A stretch of DNA of 49,859 bases from Patescibacteria group bacterium (lineage in GTDB: Bacteria > Patescibacteriota > Minisyncoccia > Phycocordibacterales > UBA9973), in contig JAHIVA010000003.1 in assembly GCA_018816985.1 (NCBI GenBank), positions 1 through 49,859 of the forward strand. The letters are read 5' to 3'. Every line of letters begins with the position of its first letter. Within the stretch, counting starts at the first letter, position 1. Positions 38,681 through 48,303 of this stretch are shown here, piece by piece. The notes under the pieces were generated by a model that ran no database searches, was not told the DNA's origin, and saw only the letters and a list, made by a program, of their open reading frames with translations. Both the position numbers and the translations under genes were made by a program.

Positions 38681-39688
38681 ATGCGACCAAAAATTATAGA
38701 AAGGTACTTTTTCTTCGGGTTATTATTTACCACTTTAATTTTTGTTTTTTTAATTTTTCGTCCTTTTTGGACTGTTCTCGTGTTGGGAGCTTCTTTTTCC
38801 ATAATACTTTATCCTGTATATGAATGGTTAAATAAAAAGTATTTACCAAGTTGGCTGGCTTCGCTTTTAACTTTATTTTTCTTTATTATTGTTCTTTGTA
38901 TTCCGCTTTTCAGCATTGGATCCATCGTCTTTAGCCAATCTCAAGATCTTTACCATTCTGTTATAAAAGGTGGTAATGTTTTCCCATTTATAAATTCTAT
39001 TGGGGATAAAATTAATCAAATACTGCCCAGCGGTCTGTCTTTCGATATTAATGAAAAAATTTCAACCTTTATTTCTTTCTTAACAAACAATCTGGCAAAT
39101 ATATTTAGCGCCACTGTCTCTGCCTTGTTTTCTTTTGTGTTATTGCTTTTAGCTATTTTTTATTTCTTAAAGGATGGAAAAGAATGGAGAAAAACAATAT
39201 TGAGACTAAGTCCCCTTTCAAATACTGACGACGAAAAAATAATTGCCAAGCTTTCACAAACCATAAATGGAGTAATGAAAGGAACTCTTTTTATCGCCCT
39301 TATTCAAGGCGTTCTAATGGCAATAGGCCTTAGTTTGTTCGGTGTACAAAATGCAGCCATTTGGGGTGTGGTAGCAGCCATAACCTCTCTTATTCCTTCC
39401 GTTGGCACTGCGATGGTTTCGGTCCCCGCTATAATTTTTCTTTTTGCCACGAATCATATTTTTCCAGCTATTGGTCTTGCCATTTGGTCAACAATAGTAG
39501 TTGGAACAATAGATAATTTCTTAACTCCTTACATTATAGGTAGTAGAATAAACATTCCTCCATTTTTAATCCTTTTTTCAGTCTTGGGCGGAATTGCTCT
39601 TTTGGGCCCAGTAGGCGTCCTGATTGGTCCGTTAACAGTCTCTCTCCTTTATACCCTAACTGAAATATATCAAAGCGAATTTAAATAA
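38681..39688 (+). CDS. AI-2E family transporter
   Basis: FYFLKDG, IQG, IPSVG, DNFLTP, SVLGG, GVLIGP. Confidence 0.92.
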   Translation: MRPKIIERYFFFGLLFTTLIFVFLIFRPFWTVLVLGASFSIILYPVYEWLNKKYLPSWLASLLTLFFFIIVLCIPLFSIGSIVFSQSQDLYHSVIKGGNVFPFINSIGDKINQILPSGLSFDINEKISTFISFLTNNLANIFSATVSALFSFVLLLLAIFYFLKDGKEWRKTILRLSPLSNTDDEKIIAKLSQTINGVMKGTLFIALIQGVLMAIGLSLFGVQNAAIWGVVAAITSLIPSVGTAMVSVPAIIFLFATNHIFPAIGLAIWSTIVVGTIDNFLTPYIIGSRINIPPFLILFSVLGGIALLGPVGVLIGPLTVSLLYTLTEIYQSEFK

Positions 39689-39697
39689 AAAATTAAA

Positions 39698-41077
39698 ATG
39701 TCTCTGAAATTTTACAATACCCTAACTCGTAAAAAGGAAAACTTTATCCCAATTAATAAAGAAGAAGTTCGAATGTATTCCTGCGGACCAACGGTATATT
39801 ATTATGCGCACCTGGGCAATTTACGAGCTTATGTTTTTACTGATATCTTGTGCCGAACAATAAGATATAGTGGTTTGAAATTAAAACAAATAATGAATAT
39901 TACTGATTTTGGGCACTTAACCAGTGACGCAGATTCAGGCGAAGATAAAATGACTAAGGGACTTTTACGCGAAGGAAAAGAATTAACTTTAAAAAACATG
40001 CGTGAGCTTGCAGAATTCTATACAGAAAGATTCAAAGAAGACTTGCAAGCTCTTAATATTAAAATACCAAATGAAATGTATTTCGCCAGTGATTATATAA
40101 AAGAAGATGTTGAACTTATAAAAAAACTGGAAGGAAAAGGATACACCTACAAAACAAGTGATGGAATTTATTTTGATACTTCAAAAATTTCCGACTATGG
40201 AATTCTCTGGGGCGGAAAAAGGGACTGGGACGAAAAGGGTGCCAGGGTTACAGAAAATTCTGAAAAAAAAGATCCGAAAGATTTTACTCTTTGGAAATTT
40301 GAAGACAAGATTGGATACTCTTCTCCTTGGGGCCAAGGCTTCCCAGGTTGGCATATTGAATGTTCAGCGATGGGAATAAAATTTTTAGGCGAACAATTTG
40401 ACATACATACTGGCGGTGTGGACCATATTGCAGTGCACCACACCAACGAGATAGCCCAATCAGAAGCCGCGACTGGTAAAAAACCTTTCGTAAAATTCTG
40501 GATGCATAATGAACACGTGGGTATTGAAGGCGCCAAAATGGCTAAATCTGATGGAAATTTCTTGAGACTTTCCAGCATCACCGACCGAGGGATAAATCCC
40601 CTTACTTATCGTTTTTGGCTTCTAATGGCCAATTATCGCACTAAAATAAACTTTGTCTGGGAAGCCCTAGAGGGCGCGGAAACGGCCTTAAAACGCCTTT
40701 ATGGCCTTTATTTAGCCCTTGGAAATGAACACGGACATATCCATAAAGAATATCAAAATAAGTTCAAAGAATACCTTGAAGATGACCTAGATACACCTAG
40801 GGCTTTAGTCCTTCTTTGGGATGTTATTAAAGATAAAAATATGTCCGCCGGCGACAAGAAGGCCACTATTTTAGATTTTGATAAAGTGCTAGGTCTGGGT
40901 TTTGAAAATTTGCAAAAAGAAAAAATTCCAGAAGAAATAAAAAAATTAGCCGAAGAGCGCGAAGAAGCCCGAAAAGAAAAAGATTTTAAAAAATCTGATG
41001 AGCTAAGAAAAGAGATTAATTCATTAGGTTATGAAGTAAAAGATACTTCTGCAGGCCAAAAAATTTCAAAGATTTAA
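39698..41077 (+). CDS. cysS: Cysteine-tRNA ligase
   Basis: CGPTVY, HLGN, PGWHIECS, DIHTGG, KMAKS. Confidence 0.98.
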   Translation: MSLKFYNTLTRKKENFIPINKEEVRMYSCGPTVYYYAHLGNLRAYVFTDILCRTIRYSGLKLKQIMNITDFGHLTSDADSGEDKMTKGLLREGKELTLKNMRELAEFYTERFKEDLQALNIKIPNEMYFASDYIKEDVELIKKLEGKGYTYKTSDGIYFDTSKISDYGILWGGKRDWDEKGARVTENSEKKDPKDFTLWKFEDKIGYSSPWGQGFPGWHIECSAMGIKFLGEQFDIHTGGVDHIAVHHTNEIAQSEAATGKKPFVKFWMHNEHVGIEGAKMAKSDGNFLRLSSITDRGINPLTYRFWLLMANYRTKINFVWEALEGAETALKRLYGLYLALGNEHGHIHKEYQNKFKEYLEDDLDTPRALVLLWDVIKDKNMSAGDKKATILDFDKVLGLGFENLQKEKIPEEIKKLAEEREEARKEKDFKKSDELRKEINSLGYEVKDTSAGQKISKI

Positions 41078-41655
41078 ATTTGCTTAAAAATCTTTTTGCG
41101 GTAGATGCAAAATACAATTACTAGATTAATCAATACGAAATATAAACCAAAAGAATAAATAGAGAAAGTCCAATTCTTAATAATCAATAAACCAAAAGCA
41201 TTACTCAAGGCAGCCACTAAATATACAGTGACTGCTTCTGTTTCTGGAAATTTCCAAGATTTTACAAGTGTCGGCATAGTCGCTAGGCCATCACTTAATA
41301 TGGCAAACAAAATAGATATTCCTAAATTATGAGTAAATATATAGAGAATTAAGGCCATTAAGGCAAGCGCTCCGCAATATAGATCGAATGCATTAAATTT
41401 CCAAAAACCATTTTTAGTTAAAATAGCTGTAATAATAATTAATAAAGAAAGAAAGCCATCCATAAATATCGGAAGACTGACAAGTCCTGCCCCAGCCTTA
41501 AGCTGAAAGAACACTCCGATAAGTGGAGCCAGCGCCCAAATAAACCAAGAAACCAAATTAGGTTTCGCCTCTCCTTTTATTATGCTTTTAATATAAGAAA
41601 GATGGCCAAATAAACTTAAAAAAATAACAATGTAAATAATATTTTCAGGAAGCAT
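41074..41655 (-). CDS. Six-TM hypothetical membrane protein
   Basis: Hydrophobic throughout; two loosely similar halves (KPNLVSW / PTLVKSWKFPETE). Confidence 0.75.
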   Translation of the reverse strand: MLPENIIYIVIFLSLFGHLSYIKSIIKGEAKPNLVSWFIWALAPLIGVFFQLKAGAGLVSLPIFMDGFLSLLIIITAILTKNGFWKFNAFDLYCGALALMALILYIFTHNLGISILFAILSDGLATMPTLVKSWKFPETEAVTVYLVAALSNAFGLLIIKNWTFSIYSFGLYFVLINLVIVFCIYRKKIFKQI

Positions 41656-41659
41656 TTTT

Positions 41660-42769
41660 TTATATTCCCTCTTTTTTAAGTTGTTCTATGATCTCGCGGG
41701 ATTGACGAGATAATTTCCCTGGAAGTTTGATGTTGAGTTTAATCAATAAATCACCGCGTCTGTTTTTCCCAACAGGTACGCCTTTGCCTCGCACTCGCAG
41801 AATTTCATTGATAGTTACTCCCTCCGGAATAGTTACTTCAATTTCCCCGTCTAGAGTCTGAATTGGATATTTGGTTCCCAATAAGGCATCAGAAAGTTTC
41901 AAATTCAAATTCATCACCAAGTCACTACCTTCGCGCTTGAAAACCGGATGCGATGCCACGTTTATTTTTATATAAAGATCCCCAGCTGTTCCTTTAGAAA
42001 TAGCTTCACCATAACCAGTCATCTGAATCATCTCCCCATCACGAATGCCCGCCGGAATAACAATTGAAACTTCTTCCTCGCGACGGAGCACGCCTTTGCC
42101 TTTGCATTTTTCACAAATTTCTTTTGGTACCTCACCTGTTCCTAAACAAAATTCACAAGTTTTAGTACTGGCAATATTTCCAAAAATTGTTCTTTTGGAC
42201 TCACGAATCCTACCCTGACCGTTGCAATGCTTACAAGTCTCCATCTTGGAGCCAGCCCTAGCACCAGAACCGCTACAAATTAAACATTTTGAAGTTTTAG
42301 TAATTAAAACTTTTCGAGTAGTGCCAAAAACAGAATCAGCAAAAGAAATTTGAATCTCAGTAGAAATATCTCTTCCACGGCGTGCCTCTCGCCTTCCCCC
42401 ACCCATTCCGCCACCAAAAAAATCACTAAAAATATCATTGAGATTCCCAAAGTCTCCACTAAAAGCAGATTCACCTTGAGCGGAAAAATTAGAAAAGTCG
42501 AACCCCTCAAATCCTCTAAATCCACTTTGCGCGCCTCCTCCATATCCCGCCCCTGCATTTTCAAATTGAGAACCAAATTGATCATACTTTGAACGCCTAG
42601 TATCATCCGAGAGGACCTGATAAGCTTCATTAGCTTGTTTGAATTTTTCTTCATTACCACCTTTTTTATCAGGATGATATTTTTGCGCCAACTTATAAAA
42701 AGCCTTTTTGATTTCATCCTTAGAGGCACCCCTATTAACACCTAAAATATTGTAATAGTCTTTGTTCAT
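41660..42769 (-). CDS. dnaJ: Chaperone DnaJ
   Basis: J domain with HPD, G/F-rich region, four CxxCxGxG repeats. Confidence 0.98.
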   Translation of the reverse strand: MNKDYYNILGVNRGASKDEIKKAFYKLAQKYHPDKKGGNEEKFKQANEAYQVLSDDTRRSKYDQFGSQFENAGAGYGGGAQSGFRGFEGFDFSNFSAQGESAFSGDFGNLNDIFSDFFGGGMGGGRREARRGRDISTEIQISFADSVFGTTRKVLITKTSKCLICSGSGARAGSKMETCKHCNGQGRIRESKRTIFGNIASTKTCEFCLGTGEVPKEICEKCKGKGVLRREEEVSIVIPAGIRDGEMIQMTGYGEAISKGTAGDLYIKINVASHPVFKREGSDLVMNLNLKLSDALLGTKYPIQTLDGEIEVTIPEGVTINEILRVRGKGVPVGKNRRGDLLIKLNIKLPGKLSRQSREIIEQLKKEGI

Positions 42770-42784
42770 AACGATATTTAACTA

Positions 42785-44272
42785 TTATATCATAGGTTCA
42801 GCCTCTTGGGAAGTTTGATTTTTTTCTTTCTCTTTTCCCTCAGGTGTAGCACTACGAGCGAGCCTCTTTGCCCTACCCTCAATAATTGCTTTCTCTTCTT
42901 CACTTCGAATAATTGTGGCCTCTTCTTCAGCAATAAGTTTAGCTGCATCACCCTTAGGTATTGAATATTTACCACGAGAAGCCTCAATAATTTCTTCTCT
43001 GTATGATGGATGAGTTGGCACAAGAACTCGTAATGTTTCAGCGGAAAACGGATCATATGATTCTCCATCAATGGTCATTTTTATATAAAATTCCCCGACA
43101 GCTAGATTAATCATATCTTTAACATCAAACAAGGGCGCAAATTCCGGTTTCATTTTCACTGCATCTTCACCACCAATCCGAAAAGTGATAACGCTCCCAC
43201 AATTACCCAACACCGCCTGATGAACTCTCGGTAAAATTTGGCCGACATATTGATGAGCAATGGTCAGATTAAGAGCATATTTTCTAGCTTCCGATAAAAT
43301 ATTTTCAAAGGTCTGAGTAACGACATTTTGGAACTCATCCACATATAAATAAAAATCCACCCGATCTTTTTCCGGAATAGCAGCTCGTTCCATTCCGGCT
43401 TGTTTTATTTTGGTTAAAAATATCGAACCAAGAAATGAAGAATTTTCTTCTCCCAAACGTCCTTTAGAAAGATTAATCAGAATTATTTTTTGTTGATTCA
43501 TTAACTCACTGATATCTATTTTATTCTGTTTCTGCCCGAAAATATTTCGGAGCAATGGGTCGGAAAGAAATTGCCCCAGTTTGTTCACTAACGGAATAAT
43601 GGCATCAGTATCAAACTTCTCAGACCAATCAGCGAATTCTATTGCAAAGAATCTTTTCACCATATCGTCGGTAATATACTCCACCACTTTTTGTCTATAA
43701 TTTCTATCCGTTAACATTGAAATCATTCCACGCATTGTAGCATGAGGATAGTCAAGCAGAGCCAAACAAGTAAAACGAAAAACGTGTTCTAATCGAGGTG
43801 TCCAATTCGCTCCAAATTGTTTTTGGAAAACCTCAATTAACCCTTGGGTTAATTGAAATTTAAACATCGGATCAACATTGGCTAGTGGATTAAAGGAGGC
43901 CGGAAAGTCTAAGTCAGTCGGATCAATGAGACAAACATCATTAATCCGTTCCTTAGGTATATAATCAAGAATCGCATTTATTTCATCTCCGTGTGGATCT
44001 ATTAAGCAAATCCCGTGGCCATAAGTAATATCTTGGCGCATAAAAAGCTCAAGTAATTTGCTTTTCCCGACACCGGATTTACCGACAATATAAAGATGGC
44101 GACGACGGTCTAGTCTTTTGATACCAAAAACAAATTTTTTCTCTTCTAAAGAAGCAACGTAATTCGTTCGGCCAATGAAAGAAACATCTTCTGGTTTGAC
44201 CTTTCCAAAAACAGGCAATTCCGGCGGTGGCGGTCCGTATTTTATTATTTGCACTCGATTCTGTTTAATCAT
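42785..44272 (-). CDS. TraG/VirB4/HerA-FtsK-type ATPase
   Basis: GKSGVGKS, IDPHG, FNPL, LYVDEFQN, EARKY, HQ. Confidence 0.88.
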   Translation of the reverse strand: MIKQNRVQIIKYGPPPPELPVFGKVKPEDVSFIGRTNYVASLEEKKFVFGIKRLDRRRHLYIVGKSGVGKSKLLELFMRQDITYGHGICLIDPHGDEINAILDYIPKERINDVCLIDPTDLDFPASFNPLANVDPMFKFQLTQGLIEVFQKQFGANWTPRLEHVFRFTCLALLDYPHATMRGMISMLTDRNYRQKVVEYITDDMVKRFFAIEFADWSEKFDTDAIIPLVNKLGQFLSDPLLRNIFGQKQNKIDISELMNQQKIILINLSKGRLGEENSSFLGSIFLTKIKQAGMERAAIPEKDRVDFYLYVDEFQNVVTQTFENILSEARKYALNLTIAHQYVGQILPRVHQAVLGNCGSVITFRIGGEDAVKMKPEFAPLFDVKDMINLAVGEFYIKMTIDGESYDPFSAETLRVLVPTHPSYREEIIEASRGKYSIPKGDAAKLIAEEEATIIRSEEEKAIIEGRAKRLARSATPEGKEKEKNQTSQEAEPMI

Positions 44273-44296
44273 ATATTAATTATTTTAGCACAAAAT

Positions 44297-46075
44297 TTAA
44301 TAAACCTCCTTTTGGTAGCATTTCTCGCAATAAATTATCTCCGGTCGGTCGGGAGAGTAGGTAGTTTCAAACTCATTTGGACAAGGTTCATTTCTATGAA
44401 AATGTTCTATTGTATTTTTATATTTTTTATTTGAAGAATAGGCCCCAGCACACTGACATTTACCAGACCAGAGCTTGAACGGATTTCTTTGTTTTAACCT
44501 CTGATAGTGCCGACAATTAGGACAAAAACGTGGTAAAGCAATATTGTTATTTTTAAGAAATTCTAACTCTGACTTAATAATTCTATAGGCTTTCGTACAC
44601 TGAGTTTTTTCATTACCATTATTGGGACAAGCAATAATTTCTTCTAAAATACTTTCCGGCACATCTTTAATATGATCTGACAAATCTTTACTCAAGATAG
44701 TTGTTTGATAATCTTTTTCCAGTGAGTCTCGAAAATTATTCTTGTTTTTAATAATTTCTTTTTTTGTTTTTGGAAAATATTCTTGAGCAATTGTTTCATT
44801 ATAGGCAAAGGGAGATAATTCACTTGGAAAAAATTCTCCATATTTATAAATTAAACCCTTTTTATCTTTATAGGGTAAATTATTCATTTGCTCAATAATT
44901 TTCGGCACAAGCTTTTCATATTCTTCTTTGCTATATTGTTTATTTAAAATACAATACTGTTTACCTCGTAAGCCAACACAACCAAAAAGATTTTTAGAAC
45001 TAAAACACATATATGTGTAATGGGTATTTAAACAACTATGGGTAAAAATAGAAAATAATTGCCTAGATGATTGCACCCCTGCATCTACCGATTCATACAT
45101 TAAAGAAGCTATCCCCCCACCATACATATCATAACTATCTTTTAAGTCCACACAATGAATTATATCTTTTGAATCTTCTACTCCACCATAACTATCAAAA
45201 CATCGTTGGACATTTTTAGAATTCATAATATTATCACCTGTCGCTTCAGTAGATTTTATGATACTGGCATATCTATTGGGAAAATTAGGTGCAAATTTAT
45301 TATATAAATTTACAAATTCGCAAAGTTTTTTATAACTACCAAAATCAAATTCTTTTTTCTTTTTTTCATATTCTTCTTTAGTATATTGAATATTAAAAAT
45401 GCAATGACTTTTATTTCTTAAATTGACACAACCAATACAATCTTGTAGATTTTTACAATGTTTTAGAAAAAAGGAGTCAATAGATTCATCTGTATCGTAA
45501 GAAAAATGAGTTTTATATAAACCTACACACAACGTATCCCAATAAGACAATTCGGATTTATCAACAACATATATATCAAGACAATCCTTTAATCCAACAG
45601 CACCAAATGAATAATGTGTTCGTTCGTTATTATAAGAGGCATATAATAAATAACAATATTTACAATCCAAATTATGATTACCAAAAGGGCTACCTACACA
45701 ATTGACGTTTCCTAAATTAGCTAATGGAGTTTTGTGAAGCAACTCCTGAAACTGCTTAAAAAAGGGCTGAGAAAAATCATAATCCATTTTATAATCAGTT
45801 GGCTCCCATTGGTCGCTCCACCAAATATCATGATCATAGATTATCACATCCGTATCTGGATGAAACATTGTTATTATTTCCTTGCCAGTTTTGGCGCAAG
45901 GTCTTTTAAAAAGTGAACGTTCGTTACGCCAAGTCATCCGGCGAATTAACCGACATTCCGGACAAAAAGTCGGCAAAGGAACTTTGATTTTTTCATAAAA
46001 ATTAAAATCTTCCGGCTCTATGGAAAACGAAGCCTTGCAATTTTGACACACCACATTTTTAGATTTATATTCCAT
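44297..46075 (-). CDS. Cys-rich protein with terminal zinc ribbons
   Basis: CQNC..CPEC at the N-terminus, CPNC..CEKC at the C-terminus, periodic Cys in the middle. Confidence 0.8.
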   Translation of the reverse strand: MEYKSKNVVCQNCKASFSIEPEDFNFYEKIKVPLPTFCPECRLIRRMTWRNERSLFKRPCAKTGKEIITMFHPDTDVIIYDHDIWWSDQWEPTDYKMDYDFSQPFFKQFQELLHKTPLANLGNVNCVGSPFGNHNLDCKYCYLLYASYNNERTHYSFGAVGLKDCLDIYVVDKSELSYWDTLCVGLYKTHFSYDTDESIDSFFLKHCKNLQDCIGCVNLRNKSHCIFNIQYTKEEYEKKKKEFDFGSYKKLCEFVNLYNKFAPNFPNRYASIIKSTEATGDNIMNSKNVQRCFDSYGGVEDSKDIIHCVDLKDSYDMYGGGIASLMYESVDAGVQSSRQLFSIFTHSCLNTHYTYMCFSSKNLFGCVGLRGKQYCILNKQYSKEEYEKLVPKIIEQMNNLPYKDKKGLIYKYGEFFPSELSPFAYNETIAQEYFPKTKKEIIKNKNNFRDSLEKDYQTTILSKDLSDHIKDVPESILEEIIACPNNGNEKTQCTKAYRIIKSELEFLKNNNIALPRFCPNCRHYQRLKQRNPFKLWSGKCQCAGAYSSNKKYKNTIEHFHRNEPCPNEFETTYSPDRPEIIYCEKCYQKEVY

Positions 46076-46088
46076 AACTTTTTTGCAG

Positions 46089-46122
46089 CCTGCCCTGTAC
46101 TAAGCTTTGCTTTAGTATGGGG
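46089..46122 (+). repeat. 34-nt hairpin element with CCTG foot
   Basis: CCTG-CCCTGTACTAAGC-TTT-GCTTTAGTATGGGG, interrupting a CQN|C coding stretch on the minus strand. Confidence 0.75.
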
Positions 46123-46195
46123 TTTTGGCATTGTCGTTTTTCGCTTTTCATTCTATTTTATCATTCTAATATTCTATAGAATTATAGAATAGATT

Positions 46196-48208
46196 TTACT
46201 CCAGAATTTTCTTCAAAACATCTTCCGGTACTTCCTTAGGCTTTTGCGGTACTGGCGTTGAAGTGGGTATTTTTTCTTCAATCAAATTTTTCAACTTCTT
46301 CATATCTTCTGAACCCGCAGAACGGTCAGATGAAACTTTAGTTTTTTTATCTTTAAGAGTATCGAGAGAAACTGGCCTATTTAGACTCGATCTAGTTGGG
46401 GCTGGCTCCGGAGTAGGTTTAGCAGCAAGAGTTTTATCTAAAAATTCCCTTAAGGCTGTATTATCTTTTGGCTTTATGGGAATCGAGATTTTGTCTGGAA
46501 TAGGCTTTTTGTTTTGTTCTTGTTTAGTAAAAACTTTTTTAATAACCCCAATTATTCCAGCTTTACCGACATTTTCAGACCTTTCAGGATACCTATTATC
46601 TTCTTCAATTCTTCCATTTTTTTGCTTGAACTCTATCCCCAAATCAGCCAAGGGTTTAAAAAATTTAGATTCATCATATTTAATTTGATCCGTTCCCCTT
46701 TTTTCCACCTTAACTTCTCCAGATTTTATTTTAGCAATGCATTCTTTACAATAAACCGCCCGGCCCGGCTCAGGCTTAAAAGGCACCGTCTTTTCCAGTT
46801 TGCAAAGCGAACAAATCACCGGAAATTTTTCAAAACTACCACCACTACTGCTACTATTGCCACTATTGCTATCAGATTCATTGCCGAGCGACATTCCGCT
46901 CCATTCATTAATTTCCTGCTCCACCACTTCTTTCGTCCGACAATAAAGTTCACGAGAAGATTTTATAACCTCTTCTTCTATTTTTTTATCACCCGCCTTA
47001 ACCATCGGAGGCAGAGTCTTAGCAGAAAAAGGACGAGACGTTACCCCATCTATCATTAATTTTAAATAAATTTTATAATTCGGCAAATTTACGATATCAG
47101 AAGGAGTAAACTCTGGATCAAATTCTTTTTCCAGAAAATCTGCGTCATCGGAGCCAACACGAAAAACTATCATAGTACCGACGTTACCAAAAACAGCATC
47201 GCGCACCGCAGAACTTTTGTCTGAAATAAGCTGAGCGGTATATTGATGAGCTACTGTCAAATTTAATCTATATTTTCTAGCCTCAGATAAAATACCAGCA
47301 AAAGCATCAGTCACAAAATTTTGAAATTCGTCGACATAAAGATAAAAATCCTTACGATGTTCCTCGGGGATACGCACGCGTTCCATCGCGGCTAATTGAA
47401 TTTTAGTAATAATCATCCCTCCTAAAAGTCCAGAATTATCCTCTCCGATACGCCCCTTGGAAACATTCACTAGAAAAATTTTTCCCTCATTCATAATGTC
47501 AAAAATATTGATAGTACTGATGGATTGCCCAACAACATTCCGAATAATGGAAGTAGAAAGAAATTGCCCGACTTTATTTTGAATCGGCGCAATCGCTTCA
47601 TTCCTGAATTTATCTTGCCAAGCTTCATATTCGTGCACCCAAAAAGCCTTAATTACTGGATCTTTTAAATTTGAAATTATTTTTTGACGGTAATCTTTAT
47701 CTACCAGCATTCGAGGAATTCCAAGAAGCGTTGTCCCTGGCGTATCCAACAACGCTAAGATGCAATTATTTAAAATGTATTCCATTCGGGCGCTCCAGGC
47801 ATTCGCCCAAATTTTAGTAAAAATACCCATCAGTCCGGACGCCACCAAGTGTTTATATTGCGGATCAATTAATTCTAAAACATTAAACCCAATATGATGG
47901 TCCGCGTCCGCGGGATTAAAATAAACAACATCTTTCATTCGATGAGGCGGGATAGCAGAAAGGACAGCCTCCACAAGCTCTCCGTGCGGGTCTACGACAC
48001 AAACTCCTTCACCGTTTTTAATATTTTGGAAAATCATATTGAACATCAGAACGGACTTACCGGTACCAGACTTTCCTAAAATATAAACATGCTGACGCCT
48101 GTCTTTGCGCTTAATACCAAAAAGCTGATTACGGTCACGAAAAGTCGTGAGCCCCAGATAAGTAACGTCCTTATTTATAGGTATTTCCGGCAATTCAATG
48201 TGAGTCAT
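46196..48208 (-). CDS. TraG/VirB4/HerA-FtsK-type ATPase with CxxC-x17-CxxC domain
   Basis: GKSGTGKS, VDPHG, LYVDEFQN, EARKY; CSLC..VPFKP..VYCKEC; TATACT upstream of ATG 48208. Confidence 0.88.
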   Translation of the reverse strand: MTHIELPEIPINKDVTYLGLTTFRDRNQLFGIKRKDRRQHVYILGKSGTGKSVLMFNMIFQNIKNGEGVCVVDPHGELVEAVLSAIPPHRMKDVVYFNPADADHHIGFNVLELIDPQYKHLVASGLMGIFTKIWANAWSARMEYILNNCILALLDTPGTTLLGIPRMLVDKDYRQKIISNLKDPVIKAFWVHEYEAWQDKFRNEAIAPIQNKVGQFLSTSIIRNVVGQSISTINIFDIMNEGKIFLVNVSKGRIGEDNSGLLGGMIITKIQLAAMERVRIPEEHRKDFYLYVDEFQNFVTDAFAGILSEARKYRLNLTVAHQYTAQLISDKSSAVRDAVFGNVGTMIVFRVGSDDADFLEKEFDPEFTPSDIVNLPNYKIYLKLMIDGVTSRPFSAKTLPPMVKAGDKKIEEEVIKSSRELYCRTKEVVEQEINEWSGMSLGNESDSNSGNSSSSGGSFEKFPVICSLCKLEKTVPFKPEPGRAVYCKECIAKIKSGEVKVEKRGTDQIKYDESKFFKPLADLGIEFKQKNGRIEEDNRYPERSENVGKAGIIGVIKKVFTKQEQNKKPIPDKISIPIKPKDNTALREFLDKTLAAKPTPEPAPTRSSLNRPVSLDTLKDKKTKVSSDRSAGSEDMKKLKNLIEEKIPTSTPVPQKPKEVPEDVLKKILE

Positions 48209-48235
48209 ACTTATAAAGTATAGCAAAAAAGCATA

Positions 48236-48275
48236 AAACTAAAAAGCCCAAGAGAAATCGAGGGCTTTTTAGTTT
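48236..48275 (-). terminator. Intrinsic terminator after dnaK
   Basis: 14-bp inverted repeat AAACTAAAAAGCCC...GGGCTTTTTAGTTT. Confidence 0.75.
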
Positions 48276-48303
48276 CCGTTGTGCAACACCAAGTATTAAA
48301 CAT

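Noticed and set aside
42837-42864. GC-rich patch in the ATPase tail (LARSATPEG), a possible element
   Set aside because: Very short stem, no foot motif, lies in a disordered tail
42785-48208. Integrative conjugative element
   Set aside because: No integrase, relaxase, pilus genes or att-like repeats; embedded among core chaperone genes
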